From the NCBI GenBank assembly GCA_010093745.1, contig MU005981.1, forward strand, positions 1 to 64,000: 64,000 nucleotides of DNA, in the 5' to 3' direction. The translations under genes and the position numbers were made by a program. The notes beneath the pieces were generated by a model that saw nothing but the letters and a program-made list of their open reading frames with translations, made no database searches and was not told the DNA's origin. Source of the stretch: Piedraia hortae CBS 480.64 (lineage: Eukaryota). Positions 24,831 through 36,126 of this stretch are shown in pieces (within the stretch, counting starts at the first letter, position 1; each line of letters opens with the position of its first letter).

Positions 24831-27116
24831 TCACCCCAACGCACCAAGCAAATTCCTGACCACATCCGCAACCCCTCTCTCCTCCCTCCCCCGTCCATCC
24901 AACTCCCTCAACGCCTCCACAAACCCATTCCTCGTTCTTTCAAACCTCCCCTGATTCGGGAGTCCACCCATCCTCGCCTCCATAACACCCTCAAGAACAA
25001 CCCCCAGCACGTCCTCAACCCTCCCCCTCAAGCCCGCAAACCTCTTCTTCAAAAACAACCTCTCCCTAATGCGATCCACACACCCCTCCAACCCCCTCTT
25101 CACTTCAAAAACCGAATCAAAACCCCCCAACCCCACCTCAAACCCATTCCAAGGAGTCTGAATCCCCAAATCCACAAGAACCCCCAAAAGGCAATCCACG
25201 AACGATAGCACCCGAATCGAGAACAACGCAATCTCTTTGCGAAGCATTCCTCCCAAAACCTCCCATCTCAACCTCACAGCAGCATCACGCACAATCAACA
25301 TCCTGACCAAGAATCTAAAAACATCATCACACGATTTGAGCACGGAAGGCGTAACAACAACCCCCACCTCCGGGAGCGGAGAGAACTGCACTTTCAAAAA
25401 ATCGAGGGCGTAGATCGAGTGCGGGTGTTGGAGGACACGGTTGATTTCGTCTTCGGAGAGGGTGCGGATTGAGAACGAAAGGTCTCCGGGTGGGGGGGTA
25501 TTGGGGAAGAAATCTTTGTGGAAGGATTCGGAGAGGATGTTGTTTAGAACAAGGCGGAGTTCGGAGCTCGCGGGGGGCCATTGCGATGGGGTGAGGTTTA
25601 TGGAGCCGAGACGGAGACCGAGGGGTGAGCCTGTGGGGAGGTTGGTATGCGTGCGTCGGGCGGATTGGGCGGTTGGGTCGAATAAGGCCGAGGTTAGGGC
25701 GAGGAGGAAGTTGCCGCTGTTGAGGAGGAGGTAGGATTTAATGATGCGGAGGGTAGTGTGCAGGATGCTGGAGGTGATGTTTTTGAGGAGGAGGGTGTTG
25801 AGATGCTTTGCTTGGAGGAGGATTTGGGGACGGAGAGCGGAGAGGAGATTTGTGGTCAGGGGGTTGGGGAGGGTGGGTGGAGGTGTTGCAGAGGTAAGGT
25901 AGGTTTGGACTGCCGTCTGCAGGGCATCATACGCGGGGATGAGAGGAGGCTCGGACATGCGAGCTGCAATGTCATCCAAGGCATCCTCGTCGTATGAACT
26001 GCAGTCTGCCTCCAATACTTCCCTTTGAGAAGACACCAATTCCTCAGGAAAATGCTCCCTAACAAGGTCCAAACACACCTTCGTCTCGCGAATGATTCTC
26101 TCATCCTCCGCGTCAACAAGCCTCTGCTTATCTTCAATCTCATACTCCCCAACCCCATCAACTAGCCCAATCGATGCAGCCACAACATCCAACCAAGGCC
26201 GAGCTACCTCCTCAAGTATAACCCCAAAAACAGAACCCAGTGCACTACCAGTCTGCACCAAAACCCCAATCCACTCCTTCATAACCGCCAAACACTCCTC
26301 CTCCCCACCAACACTCTCCAACACACTGACCAACCCATGCAAACCCTCCAACAACCTCCCCGGCCGCGACAAAATCGTCTTCAATCCCAAAACCGAGCTC
26401 CCCAAATCCGCCCCAAGCACAAACTCTTCCACAACCCTCAACACCCTCTCCACACACCCCTTCAACGCCGTAACAGCCGGCACTTGTGCCCCCGAAACAC
26501 ACCATTCCCCCAACCCCCTAACCAATCCCGCATACTCCACAAACACGTGGAGCATCTCACTCGTCAGCCCGGGCGACACCCCAGAGATAGAGACATCCTC
26601 GAGGGTACGTCTGAACACCCTCTGCGCATCATCCCAGATGAAGAAAATCGACCCTCGTCCCAGCGCGAGAGAGCGTAACGCGGGGAGGATCGCGTCTTGG
26701 GGTAGAACGCCGCATTTGCTGCTAAGCGCGGCGTTGAAGGTTTCTATACCCGCTTCGGAGAACGGTGCATATTCTGAGGGTGGGGGGGTGAGGTGCTCGA
26801 AGGAGGACCAGGTGTAGCCTTCTTTGGGGAGGGAGGGCGGTTGGGCGGTGGATTCGTCCCAGAGAGGGAGGGGGGATGGACATGGAGAGAGGGAGGCTCG
26901 GGATGAGGGTGGGAAGACAGCTTCTTCTTCTTCGGCGTCTGAGGGAAGGCCTTTGTTCTCGAGCGCGTGGATCTTAATGCCGTGGAGGGGTGGGAGTGTG
27001 AGATCTAGGTCTTGGTTGATGAGGGGGGTGTGACAATATTCGTCCGTGATGATGACTGGGGACTGGTAGATGAGGGCGCATTGGAAGGGGTGCCCTTTGT
27101 CGATGGGATTGGCCAT
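24831..27116 (-). CDS. gamma-tubulin complex component, Spc97/Spc98 family (GCP6-like)
   Basis: 761-aa ORF with LALGRGSIFF, YLLLNSGNF, WPPASSELRL.L and ALDFLKVQF, typical of fungal GCP6-type GRIP domains. Confidence 0.8.
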   Translation of the reverse strand: MANPIDKGHPFQCALIYQSPVIITDEYCHTPLINQDLDLTLPPLHGIKIHALENKGLPSDAEEEEAVFPPSSRASLSPCPSPLPLWDESTAQPPSLPKEGYTWSSFEHLTPPPSEYAPFSEAGIETFNAALSSKCGVLPQDAILPALRSLALGRGSIFFIWDDAQRVFRRTLEDVSISGVSPGLTSEMLHVFVEYAGLVRGLGEWCVSGAQVPAVTALKGCVERVLRVVEEFVLGADLGSSVLGLKTILSRPGRLLEGLHGLVSVLESVGGEEECLAVMKEWIGVLVQTGSALGSVFGVILEEVARPWLDVVAASIGLVDGVGEYEIEDKQRLVDAEDERIIRETKVCLDLVREHFPEELVSSQREVLEADCSSYDEDALDDIAARMSEPPLIPAYDALQTAVQTYLTSATPPPTLPNPLTTNLLSALRPQILLQAKHLNTLLLKNITSSILHTTLRIIKSYLLLNSGNFLLALTSALFDPTAQSARRTHTNLPTGSPLGLRLGSINLTPSQWPPASSELRLVLNNILSESFHKDFFPNTPPPGDLSFSIRTLSEDEINRVLQHPHSIYALDFLKVQFSPLPEVGVVVTPSVLKSCDDVFRFLVRMLIVRDAAVRLRWEVLGGMLRKEIALFSIRVLSFVDCLLGVLVDLGIQTPWNGFEVGLGGFDSVFEVKRGLEGCVDRIRERLFLKKRFAGLRGRVEDVLGVVLEGVMEARMGGLPNQGRFERTRNGFVEALRELDGRGREERGVADVVRNLLGALG

Positions 27117-29711
27117 TTCATGCTGCTTTGGTGAGACGCGTCGGGAAATTGTAGTCGCGACGCGACTATTTAGAGGTACGGATCGGGCCGGACCCTGTTT
27201 TTAGCGTCGTCTGTCAACCCCGCCATGTGGGGATGTGGGGCTGCGGGGTTGGTCGACTTGCAGAATGGAAACAAAAGCAATGATCTATATGAAGACCCGG
27301 ATTGATAGCTTTTGCAGACTAATTCTCTGCCTCCTTGCCTTGTTTAGCGACCTCCTTCATCGACAGCACTTCTACCTTTCTATCCATCTCATTTTTGGTC
27401 TTTCTTGCCTTAAAGAGCCCTTCTGCGCCGAGCAAAGAAAAGACATCTTGGAGAAGGGATGAAGTGAGGAGGCAAGTTGAAGAGCGACCAACTGAGTGGA
27501 TCTTGTCCATTTTGGAAATTCGTGGTTGTACGCTGAGACACAAAGGATCAAACACTCTGGAGTTCTGGTTGGTGGAGCGATGCATTGTATCAGACCAACA
27601 CCTCCTTTATCTAGAGCAGGTAATCGAGGAAGCGTACTTGGGGAAGATAGTGAAAGCATCGTCACCCTTTCTCGCCCTTCCATATCGTCATTCTGGTATC
27701 CCTCCTATGCCCTCCATGGACATCCAGATTCGCCTGTTCTCTTCTCCCCGAGGAGTTTCACAACGTCCTAACATCATCATTGCACGTACTCCCCGTGTGG
27801 CTACCAAAGAAGGCAGAGAGGAAACCATTCCGTTAGCTTTTATTGTTCCAGTGCTATCCCCTGTGTCATCGAAAGAAAGATGGTCTTGGGACGGGCTTAG
27901 ATGGTGGTCAGAATTGCTAGACCAAACAAAGCTAAACTGGTGTGAGATGTCCACTAGCGTCTTGTTCTTGCAGACATCGTCGACGAAGGGGCAGCTTCCC
28001 GATTTGTGTTATGGTGATGGTTCGAAGGGCCGTTGTGTCTGAATCTCTTGACGTTGTGGTCGAATTTTTCCCTTGGGTCAATGAAAGGAAGATTGTTAGG
28101 GAAAGGCCTTAAATGGCGGTCAAACAACTAGACCAGTCCAGTCGACAAATTGAGGATAGGCTTGAAGCGGATTTAAATGGCGGTCACAAAGCTGGACCAG
28201 AACAGCCAATTTTGTCCATTGTCGCAGTGACTTCGCAAACGAACGCATTTGAATGCCTGCTCCAGACATTAGGTGCAGAGATCCCCCTAAATCACCATGC
28301 ACTTACTTTGCCTTAAACCAGGTGGTGCAATTATTCGGACATAAAAGCATATCCACGACCGTGATCAACTTTCTCGGAGGATCGAAGATAAAACTCCCGG
28401 TTCAATATCGTGATTCTTTTGGAGTGGATGGCACCAGCTTCCCAAAGCCGTTTCACCTAAAACCTTTTCCCTTGGGACGACGTCGCGCTACTGCGAGTCA
28501 TTGGCGAACGTGGCCGATTACCTGTAGACGAGCGGCTTGACAATCGAGCTATTTGTTCGAGTATGCTTTTTATCAGACCACCGATTTTGGATTTCACCCC
28601 CCTTTCCCCCCTCACCCCCCTTCTTTGTGCCACTCAAGTCACAGTACACCTATTCGTGGGACATTGTCTATCTGAGATGAGCTGACAAAGAAGATTTGAT
28701 GTCGAGTCAATCTGCCGTACGCCGAGTAGTGACGCACGGAATGGTTCGTTACAATTACATAAAGAAGGCGGCCACTTCAGGCATCTGAATTTCCTGTCGA
28801 ACATGATTTGGATTTTCGATCTGCGAAAAAGCTGAGACTGGAACGGTTTAAACCTTTTCATGCGCCGTACCGAGATGATATAGGGGAATGGAACAGCAAT
28901 CTGTACGAAGAAAGTGTCCTTGAGCCGGGACAAGCTGACGAGATGGGGAAGTGGGCCAGAAGATTGGTGGCCATGCAGTTGGGCAACATGCATATCATAA
29001 TGGTGACCGACGATGAGCATCGACGAACCACCAGCGCGGGAAACGTGGGAACGGGGGCCTATCCATATCTACTCTTCATCCTGGCACGCTCCCAAACTCT
29101 GGCTTGAATTGGATAGATGGTAAGGGTTGGCGCCCAAAATAAGTTGCACTCGCTGCCATGATATCATGGCACTTGGAGCTTGTTAGCAGCTCCGTAAGTG
29201 CCCCGCGCGCTAGCAGCGAAGCTCCACCACTCTAACATCCAGAGGAGGGTTGTAAATATGCCGGAAAGGCTGAGTTGTTCTTGGCGGCATCATTGATCCT
29301 CTGATTGACCATCCATCATTTTCTGTAAAAATCCCTCCCGAAACTGTATGTAGTGAGAGAGGTGGACAGACTGACTGAACCCCGAAGGTCATCAAAACGC
29401 ACCTCCAACGGTGCTTGGGCTATTGCCTGTTGTATGATTCAGCTCGCGATTGACCGGTTGAACTGATTGTTGCTTTTTGTTGGTTTTGGTCCTGAACCAA
29501 CATGCATGTACCTACCTTATATAGCTTCGGAGCATTCCTGTTGTGGCCATGAATCCTTGCCACTTATGTAGCTACTCGGATAACGGCATCTACGTGGGAC
29601 AGTTCTACTTCGAGGTCATGGCTTGTATGATATCAGCGCTGCAGCATTTAAACGAGGGCGTGCATCATCATGATTCAGTTGCAAGCTACGTGTACAACTA
29701 GCTTTGCTGAA

Positions 29712-30402
29712 TTACAATACTAAAGCGAAGAAGAAGCCAAGGCCGGTGAGGAAGCCGGCCTTGTTCTTGAGGCTTGCATCGGACTTTTGTGTCGATGTCG
29801 AACTGGCACTGGCGGTTGTGGAAGAGGCAGACGACGTTCCGGACGAAGCCGACGACGAATTGGTCAGCGTCTGGTGGGTTGTCCACGAGGCTGAGAAGCC
29901 AGAATTGTTGCGGCAACCTGCGGTGCCCGTGTCGGTGGAGGAGCCCGAGACGAAGTTGACAGGGCCGCACTACAGTTGTCAGCATCATAGAAGTTTGACC
30001 GACGAATCTACACACCTGATACAGCCGACCATCTTCACCGGTGGTGATGACTTGGATGATGCCAGACTTGCCGGCCCAGTCCTTGGGCGCGTGGCCGCTG
30101 GGAAGACAGAACTGACCAATGCCCTTTGTGGAGATAACGGGAGCCAGGGTGATGAAGTTGTACGGCTCCTTGGTGTCGGTGGTGCCGCGGATGAGCCACT
30201 CGCCCTGGGGATGGCTGCTCTGGATGCTGATGGGGAACTGATCAACGCCTACGCGCGGACTGCTGCTGTTGACATTAACGGTCGCACCGCCGCACGGCGA
30301 CTTTGGCTCATTCTCATCAATGAAGCCGGCCGTAGGCGGCCACTTGAGCGTGAAGTGGGCAGAGGAGAGGCCGGCAAGGGCGAGGATGGACAAGAACTGC
30401 AT
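29712..30402 (-). CDS. GPI-anchored BIM1/X325-like copper-binding protein; exons 30402-30016 and 29969-29712
   Basis: Signal peptide ending SSA then His1 (HFTLKWP), SPCGG, second His (SSHP), FCLP, GIIQV, LYQ|C after a 46-nt intron, S/T-rich stalk and hydrophobic C-terminal tail. Confidence 0.82.
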
Positions 30403-30613
30403 TGTGGACCACGACAGCAAACACAACCGGTGCAAACACAGCAGACAAGACACACAGAAAGACAGGCGGCTTCAACCTGACCCATGACTCGCTAACTTGC
30501 TCAAACATGCGCACGTGGCGGAATTGGTTCCTCTTGGCATGCGCAAGTTATCATCAGCCACCGACGGAGATTTAGCCTTGGGTAGGCCATGTCCTCTAGA
30601 TAACTGCGCGTAG

Positions 30614-32332
30614 ATGAATTCCATGGACGGCATGGACATGTCCGGCGACGGGTCCATGTACCCCGCCAATAAGAGGATTGCCCGTGGCTTTTGGTACGCC
30701 ATAGCCGGCACAACGGGTTTGATGGCTGTCGTGCGAGCTGTCACGGCGGCACAGGCACGGCAGCGACTGCAGCAGACGGGCAAATGTCCATCCAGACCCC
30801 GTGGCTGGGCGGCCCAGATGCTGGCGACGGCGACGGCCATGGTGCGCGAGATTGCCTACCCTCAGCCGGTGTGTTTCACGGGAAAGATCAGTCGCTACTT
30901 TACTCCTCTGCCGCTGGGCCGCTGGATAGTGCTGCTGATCTATTGGGTAATGATTCTCGCGATGCTCTGGAGCAATGTTATCATGAAGCCTTCGGACCCG
31001 ATGGCGGGATATAAATGGGAAAAGGTCGGATACCGCGCTGCCTGGGTATCCATCACGCAGGTTCCTCTAATCTACCTTCTTGCTTTCAAATTGAACCCAT
31101 TCAGCCTCATCACTGGCATCTCGTATGAACGTCTCAACTGGCTCCACCGATGGACGGCTCGGACAATTTTCCTCACAGTCATCGTGCACTGGGCCTTCTT
31201 CCTGCATGAATGGTGGCTAGCAGATTTCATCGCAGAGGAGCTGAAGATGATGCCCGTCGTCAAATACGGAATCGGCGCATTTGGCGTGTTGTGTTGGATG
31301 GTCCTTTCCAGCTTCGGCTTGTTTCGAAGCAAGTTGTACGAGGTCTGGGTTCTTCAACACATTGCCGCTGCGGCCGTGTTCCTCTGGCTGTTGTGGAAAC
31401 ACGTTCCGAGCAAGGCACGGTACAATATCTGGATGTGCGTCGGATTTGCGGCATTTGACTGGATTGGCCGGATCATCTGGAACACGTTCCGCAACATACG
31501 AATAAGAACTCTACGACTTGGGTACGAAACACAGCTTGAGCCGCTCCCTGGAGACGTCGTTCGAGTGACGATAGCAGAACCTGGGTTCAGGTGGAGGGCA
31601 GGACAGCACATTTATCTTTCCATACCGCGCCTGGGACCACTTCAAGCCCATCCATTTACCATTGCCGGTAGTGATGACCTTGTCCTAATCATCCAAGCCC
31701 GCTCTGGCTTCTCACGACGTCTTCTGAACGCTGCCCAGCGAGAGAAGCGTCAGTCATACCGCGCCCTGATCAGCGGACCATGGGGCAATCCGCCAAACTT
31801 CCGTCACTTTGACACGGTGGTGTTGCTTGCAGCGTCGACGGGCGCGACGTTTACGGTTCCCATCCTCGAGAGCCTCTTCAGCTCACCAACCTGCGTCCGC
31901 CGAGTCGAGTTTCACTGGATCGTGCGTGACACGGCACATGTCGACTGGTTCTACAAGAGACTGCAAGCGTTGAGCGATCGACCAGAAGTCAGAATTGTCA
32001 TTCACGTCACCGGTTCAGTTGTTGAGACCCCGTCGACGTCGTCATCCACCCCGTCGAACGCCAGCAACGAAAAAGCGCCTCTCTCCCCGCCGCCCAGACG
32101 CGTATCTGACGCGCTCTTCGTGTCGCGTGGAAGCCGTCCGGAGCTGGATAGCATTCTCCGTGGGCCAATTGAACGCGCCCTCGGCGAAACGGCAGTTGTT
32201 GTGTGCGGCAACGCGTCTCTGACGGCATCCACGCGGACATACATCTCGCAGCTGTCAGACGAACGGGCGGTGCACAAGGGAAGCGGAGCACAGGGGATTA
32301 AAGTCTATTGCGAGGCCTTTTCCTCTTCGTAA
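30614..32332 (+). CDS. ferric/cupric reductase transmembrane component (FRE family)
   Basis: Heme-ligand His motifs LHRW..VHW and LQH..KH, FAD motif HPFTI, ISGPWG and VVCG; Met-rich N-terminus. Confidence 0.93.
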   Translation: MNSMDGMDMSGDGSMYPANKRIARGFWYAIAGTTGLMAVVRAVTAAQARQRLQQTGKCPSRPRGWAAQMLATATAMVREIAYPQPVCFTGKISRYFTPLPLGRWIVLLIYWVMILAMLWSNVIMKPSDPMAGYKWEKVGYRAAWVSITQVPLIYLLAFKLNPFSLITGISYERLNWLHRWTARTIFLTVIVHWAFFLHEWWLADFIAEELKMMPVVKYGIGAFGVLCWMVLSSFGLFRSKLYEVWVLQHIAAAAVFLWLLWKHVPSKARYNIWMCVGFAAFDWIGRIIWNTFRNIRIRTLRLGYETQLEPLPGDVVRVTIAEPGFRWRAGQHIYLSIPRLGPLQAHPFTIAGSDDLVLIIQARSGFSRRLLNAAQREKRQSYRALISGPWGNPPNFRHFDTVVLLAASTGATFTVPILESLFSSPTCVRRVEFHWIVRDTAHVDWFYKRLQALSDRPEVRIVIHVTGSVVETPSTSSSTPSNASNEKAPLSPPPRRVSDALFVSRGSRPELDSILRGPIERALGETAVVVCGNASLTASTRTYISQLSDERAVHKGSGAQGIKVYCEAFSSS

Positions 32333-32354
32333 TCGTCGTCATCATAATATTAAT

Positions 32355-33371
32355 TTACACGCAGTTCTCTTCATACACAATGGCACCGATGTGACCGCAG
32401 CCGAAGAAGACGCGGTTGTAACCCGTCACGCTGTCCGGATCGAGGAAGTCGTATTCGTAACGCGCGGAGTCGCTGAAGCTGAGCACGGATGAGCCTGCCG
32501 AGGCCGACCGAGCGGCAGAGAGCGCGGGACAAGAGTCTACCAGCGCCAGGGCGCAGACGCCGACTTCGCCGTCCGACACGGTGCTCCATCCGGCGGCGCA
32601 ATTGTCGCGCTCGGCGCAGATCTGGCAGCAGGCGCTTGGATCGGTGACGTTGGTGGTGTCAACCATCTCGACGCGCGCACCCGACGCCACAGCGGGGCGG
32701 TAGATGCCGTGCCCGCGCACGTCATGCACCAGATTGGTGGGAGCGCAGCGCTCATGTCGCGTAACCTCCTTGATGGCCGCCGCAGTGCCCGTCACGCCTG
32801 TCGTCGTGGTTGCGCAAAGCAAGCCCATGGTTGTGGCGCCCTGTGTGATGCGCAGACGCGTCGTGCCCGTGATGTACGACGTCGATGTCCCGCTGCACGG
32901 CGTTGGCACGCAAGTCGGCGTCGATGACAGCTCTCCTGAGGAATACAGATCTCCATACACCTTGCCTGTGCTGGTCGGAATCGGCTGAGAGTCAAACGTC
33001 CCCGTGTAATGGATCACGGTCGGATTCACCGTGTGCGTAGAGTATGACGTGCATGTCGTTATGATTTTGGCGTCGGTGTATGTCAAGGTCGCGTCGAACT
33101 GGGTGACGGTTGTGCAGTAGGGCACATTTTGGGCGGGTTGGGAGCTGGATGGATTGCTGGTCTTGAGGGATGTGGACAGGGGGCTGGCCTTGTGGGAGGA
33201 AGTTGCTGGAGAGGACGTCTTTGATGTGCTGTGAGAAGTCTTCAGCGTGAGGATCTTGAGGGAAGACGTCGATGCGGCCGCGGAGGTCGCATTGAGTCTG
33301 GGCGCGTATCCGTACCCTTGCTGCCCCGCAACCAGGGCTGTAAATCCGAGAAGAGCAAAGAAGGGACCCAT
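32355..33371 (-). CDS. secreted Ser/Thr-rich protein with C-terminal Cys-rich (PAN/apple-like) module
   Basis: Signal-like MGPFFALLGFTALVAG, S/T-rich stalk, ACCQICAERDNCAAGW..C.L; start taken at the Met before the signal peptide. Confidence 0.7.
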   Translation of the reverse strand: MGPFFALLGFTALVAGQQGYGYAPRLNATSAAASTSSLKILTLKTSHSTSKTSSPATSSHKASPLSTSLKTSNPSSSQPAQNVPYCTTVTQFDATLTYTDAKIITTCTSYSTHTVNPTVIHYTGTFDSQPIPTSTGKVYGDLYSSGELSSTPTCVPTPCSGTSTSYITGTTRLRITQGATTMGLLCATTTTGVTGTAAAIKEVTRHERCAPTNLVHDVRGHGIYRPAVASGARVEMVDTTNVTDPSACCQICAERDNCAAGWSTVSDGEVGVCALALVDSCPALSAARSASAGSSVLSFSDSARYEYDFLDPDSVTGYNRVFFGCGHIGAIVYEENCV

Positions 33372-36126
33372 ATTAGCAAAAGTTGTAAAGAGAAAGACAG
33401 AGAGGGAAGTGGAAGTAGAAGTAGAAGTAGAAGGAGGTGAAGAAAGAGCGTCACACTGAGGAAGAGACGCAGGTTCGGTTGCCGTCTGGTGGCCCCAATG
33501 CGTGCATATTAGTTGTCGTACATCCCTGCCAGCAATCGCTTCTTTTTTATCAGGAACGCTTGCCTTAGCGCTGCCGGGGTCAGTCACAAATCACAATCAC
33601 AAAGCAGCCCTGTCCTCCCAATCATTTCCCACTACTACCGATTCACTTTTGCAAACCATCCCGCAAAGAAACCTTGCATACCAATCACAAGTCAGCGAGA
33701 ATACGAACGCAACCAAAAATCCTGCAGGGTGAGATATCCTTTTCCAGTTCTCTCCCACTCCAAATATAGTCCCCACGCAGGGGGACCTTGCAACTTCTCC
33801 TACCCGATTCCGTGTTCCGTCCCAACCAATCAACCCACTTTGGCACCTCTGTAACACCTCCCCATTTACGTAACCTCGCCTATAAGTAGTTCCCTATCGA
33901 AGCAATTTCATTGGGCTGCGCGTTCACATGAAGCAAAAACCCCCGGGCCTACATACTTGCACGTGTGTTGGTACAATGCGATGTTGTGGCGATTGTGAAA
34001 CCCTTCTCCCGTTGGAGAACAATTTGGTGGGGAGTTATTAATAACCTTTCGGCACCTTCGGAGGATTTGATCATGCCGAGGATGGGGTTTCCGTGGGGGC
34101 TAAAGTGATTGATTCCTAATTGGAGAAGGTCGCATACGCGCGCGCGTGTACGCTGCGTGCTGTGGTGACAGGCGCAGCGCGACCTCCCGCGCTGTTTCTT
34201 TTCGTTCTAGAACGAAGGACAGAGATGACAGTTTGGAATCACCGTTTACCGTGATGCTGTGCCCTTGGAATAAAGAACCCTCGGGATAAAGGACCCTCGG
34301 GACGCTCTGCAAGCAGGTTGGCCGCAGCCCGTCTCAGCCCGACCCTATGTCTTGGTAAGTGTGCATGTGTTTCCCCAGATGGGGTACCTACATACATATT
34401 TTTCTTCTGTGGTACAAGAGGAAATGCAAGTCATCATGGTGGTGGTGCTGCGCCTCTTGTGTGCGCACGCCGACCGCGTGCTTTTAATTTATACACAATC
34501 AATCTAGCCGTTTGACCGATGACGGATTGGGACGCTTAATCTATCACGCGAGTGGTTAACGGTTGGTCTATAGGTGGCGGAATATAGATGGAGGTGAGAT
34601 CAGATTGGGGGATGATCGTTCACCGGAGAAGGGATTCACCGCTGTTAGAACGGATACTCGATTAGCAATCATTGTCAGCCGGGTACGTCCACTCTATCTG
34701 AACTTGTTTATGCAATCTGAGAGGAAGACTGTCTGGCTCCTCCAGAAGCAGGGACAGGTCACGCTTCGGGAAACAATCAGCCTATATCACGGCGGATCCA
34801 CCGCAAATCAAAATCCATTTAACTTATAGGAGGAGCCATCTACTGGTGGGTCTCACGACACCAGTCAATAATAGTTTCTTTTTCCTCCAGAAGCAGGGAA
34901 CAGGTCACGCTCCGAGAAGACAAATCATGATATATCACGGTGGGACACCTTCGCCGCAAATCCGGAAGTATATTCCTAGGGAGAGAGGTTGTCCTGTGGG
35001 TGTTACCCTCCAAGCGGAGGGAATGTCAGCTGAACAGGCGGCAATCGAATTGTCTTTGCGGCACTGCTTTCGGAGTCAATCTCCCTGCGGATCAAGATGA
35101 TGACAGTTCACTCTTCCTCTTGGGAGAGATCATCTGATCATATAACTTCCTTGCAGAACGATAATGTGGTCTCTCGTGGAGTCATATTCAAGGTGAGCTT
35201 CCAGGACACGACGATGACAGATCACTGGGGAGAGATCATCTGGTCGGAGAATTCTCCCGCGTGGAACGATAATCATACTACCGAGTACCTTTGCCCCTCG
35301 CTTTCTGGACCCATAGGTATAAGACACGGCGACGACAGATCTTCGAAGACCTCCCACGGGTCTGAAAATTGGACGACCCAAGTTGGTCTGTAGTTAACTC
35401 TATGCGTTTACCTTTCCCCGAGTGTAACCCGCCAAAGTAGGTCCCATGCATCGCGTCTCATCGCAGCATCGGAACCAGCATCGGAAACAGCGACGTTACA
35501 TGCCATTCAGCTGGCTGTTACACTGCAGAAACGCACACGTGCTTGTCTAAATATCCCCATCTATTTTCATCAGGGCTTGTTACAGCCTACTTTGAAGAGA
35601 ATGGATGTGCGTCCAACGGGGTTGCATGGTCCAGACCCTCCACCATCAGGCTTCTCTATCTGTGGATCCAACATGCCCGCATCGCCCGTAGGATGTTCCC
35701 TGCCCCATGATCAGGCTCTCAATGCAATGATCTGGGTGTACAGTCCAACAAACGCGCATGCATCCCTAGAAATATCCCCACCCCGTGGAACAACCAAAGT
35801 AGCAGACTGTCAGCAACGGACGTGCATGCATGCTTTTCTTCCGATAGGATATCCACATCCTGACCTTGTGGAACGGGCCAAGAACTCTTTACACCCACGG
35901 CACGAAGTCCCCGCAAACCTTTTCCTTCGAACACAGTTAGGATGGTGTACAAACCCTCCTCCTCTCGTGAACCACGAGAACCCAATCATCCTCAAACCCC
36001 GAGGGGGGAGTATCTTCCCACGCCACCCGCTAGAATGAACAATCATGAGATATCCCCAAAGCAAGCAGATATAGAAAACACACCATGCCATGAACGAGAA
36101 AACTTGATTTCGGTAACGACTTTACC

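Noticed and set aside
27335..28042. 235-aa ORF divergent from the GCP6-like gene
   Set aside because: Non-ATG start and no recognisable motif or codon bias; cannot be supported as a gene
28109..28208. Direct repeat ttaaatggcggtca..gaccag with 64-bp spacing
   Set aside because: Two short degenerate copies only; an ordinary local duplication
29704..30480. 258-aa + strand ORF
   Set aside because: Antisense to the BIM1-like gene, which has a signal peptide, intron and GPI-type tail
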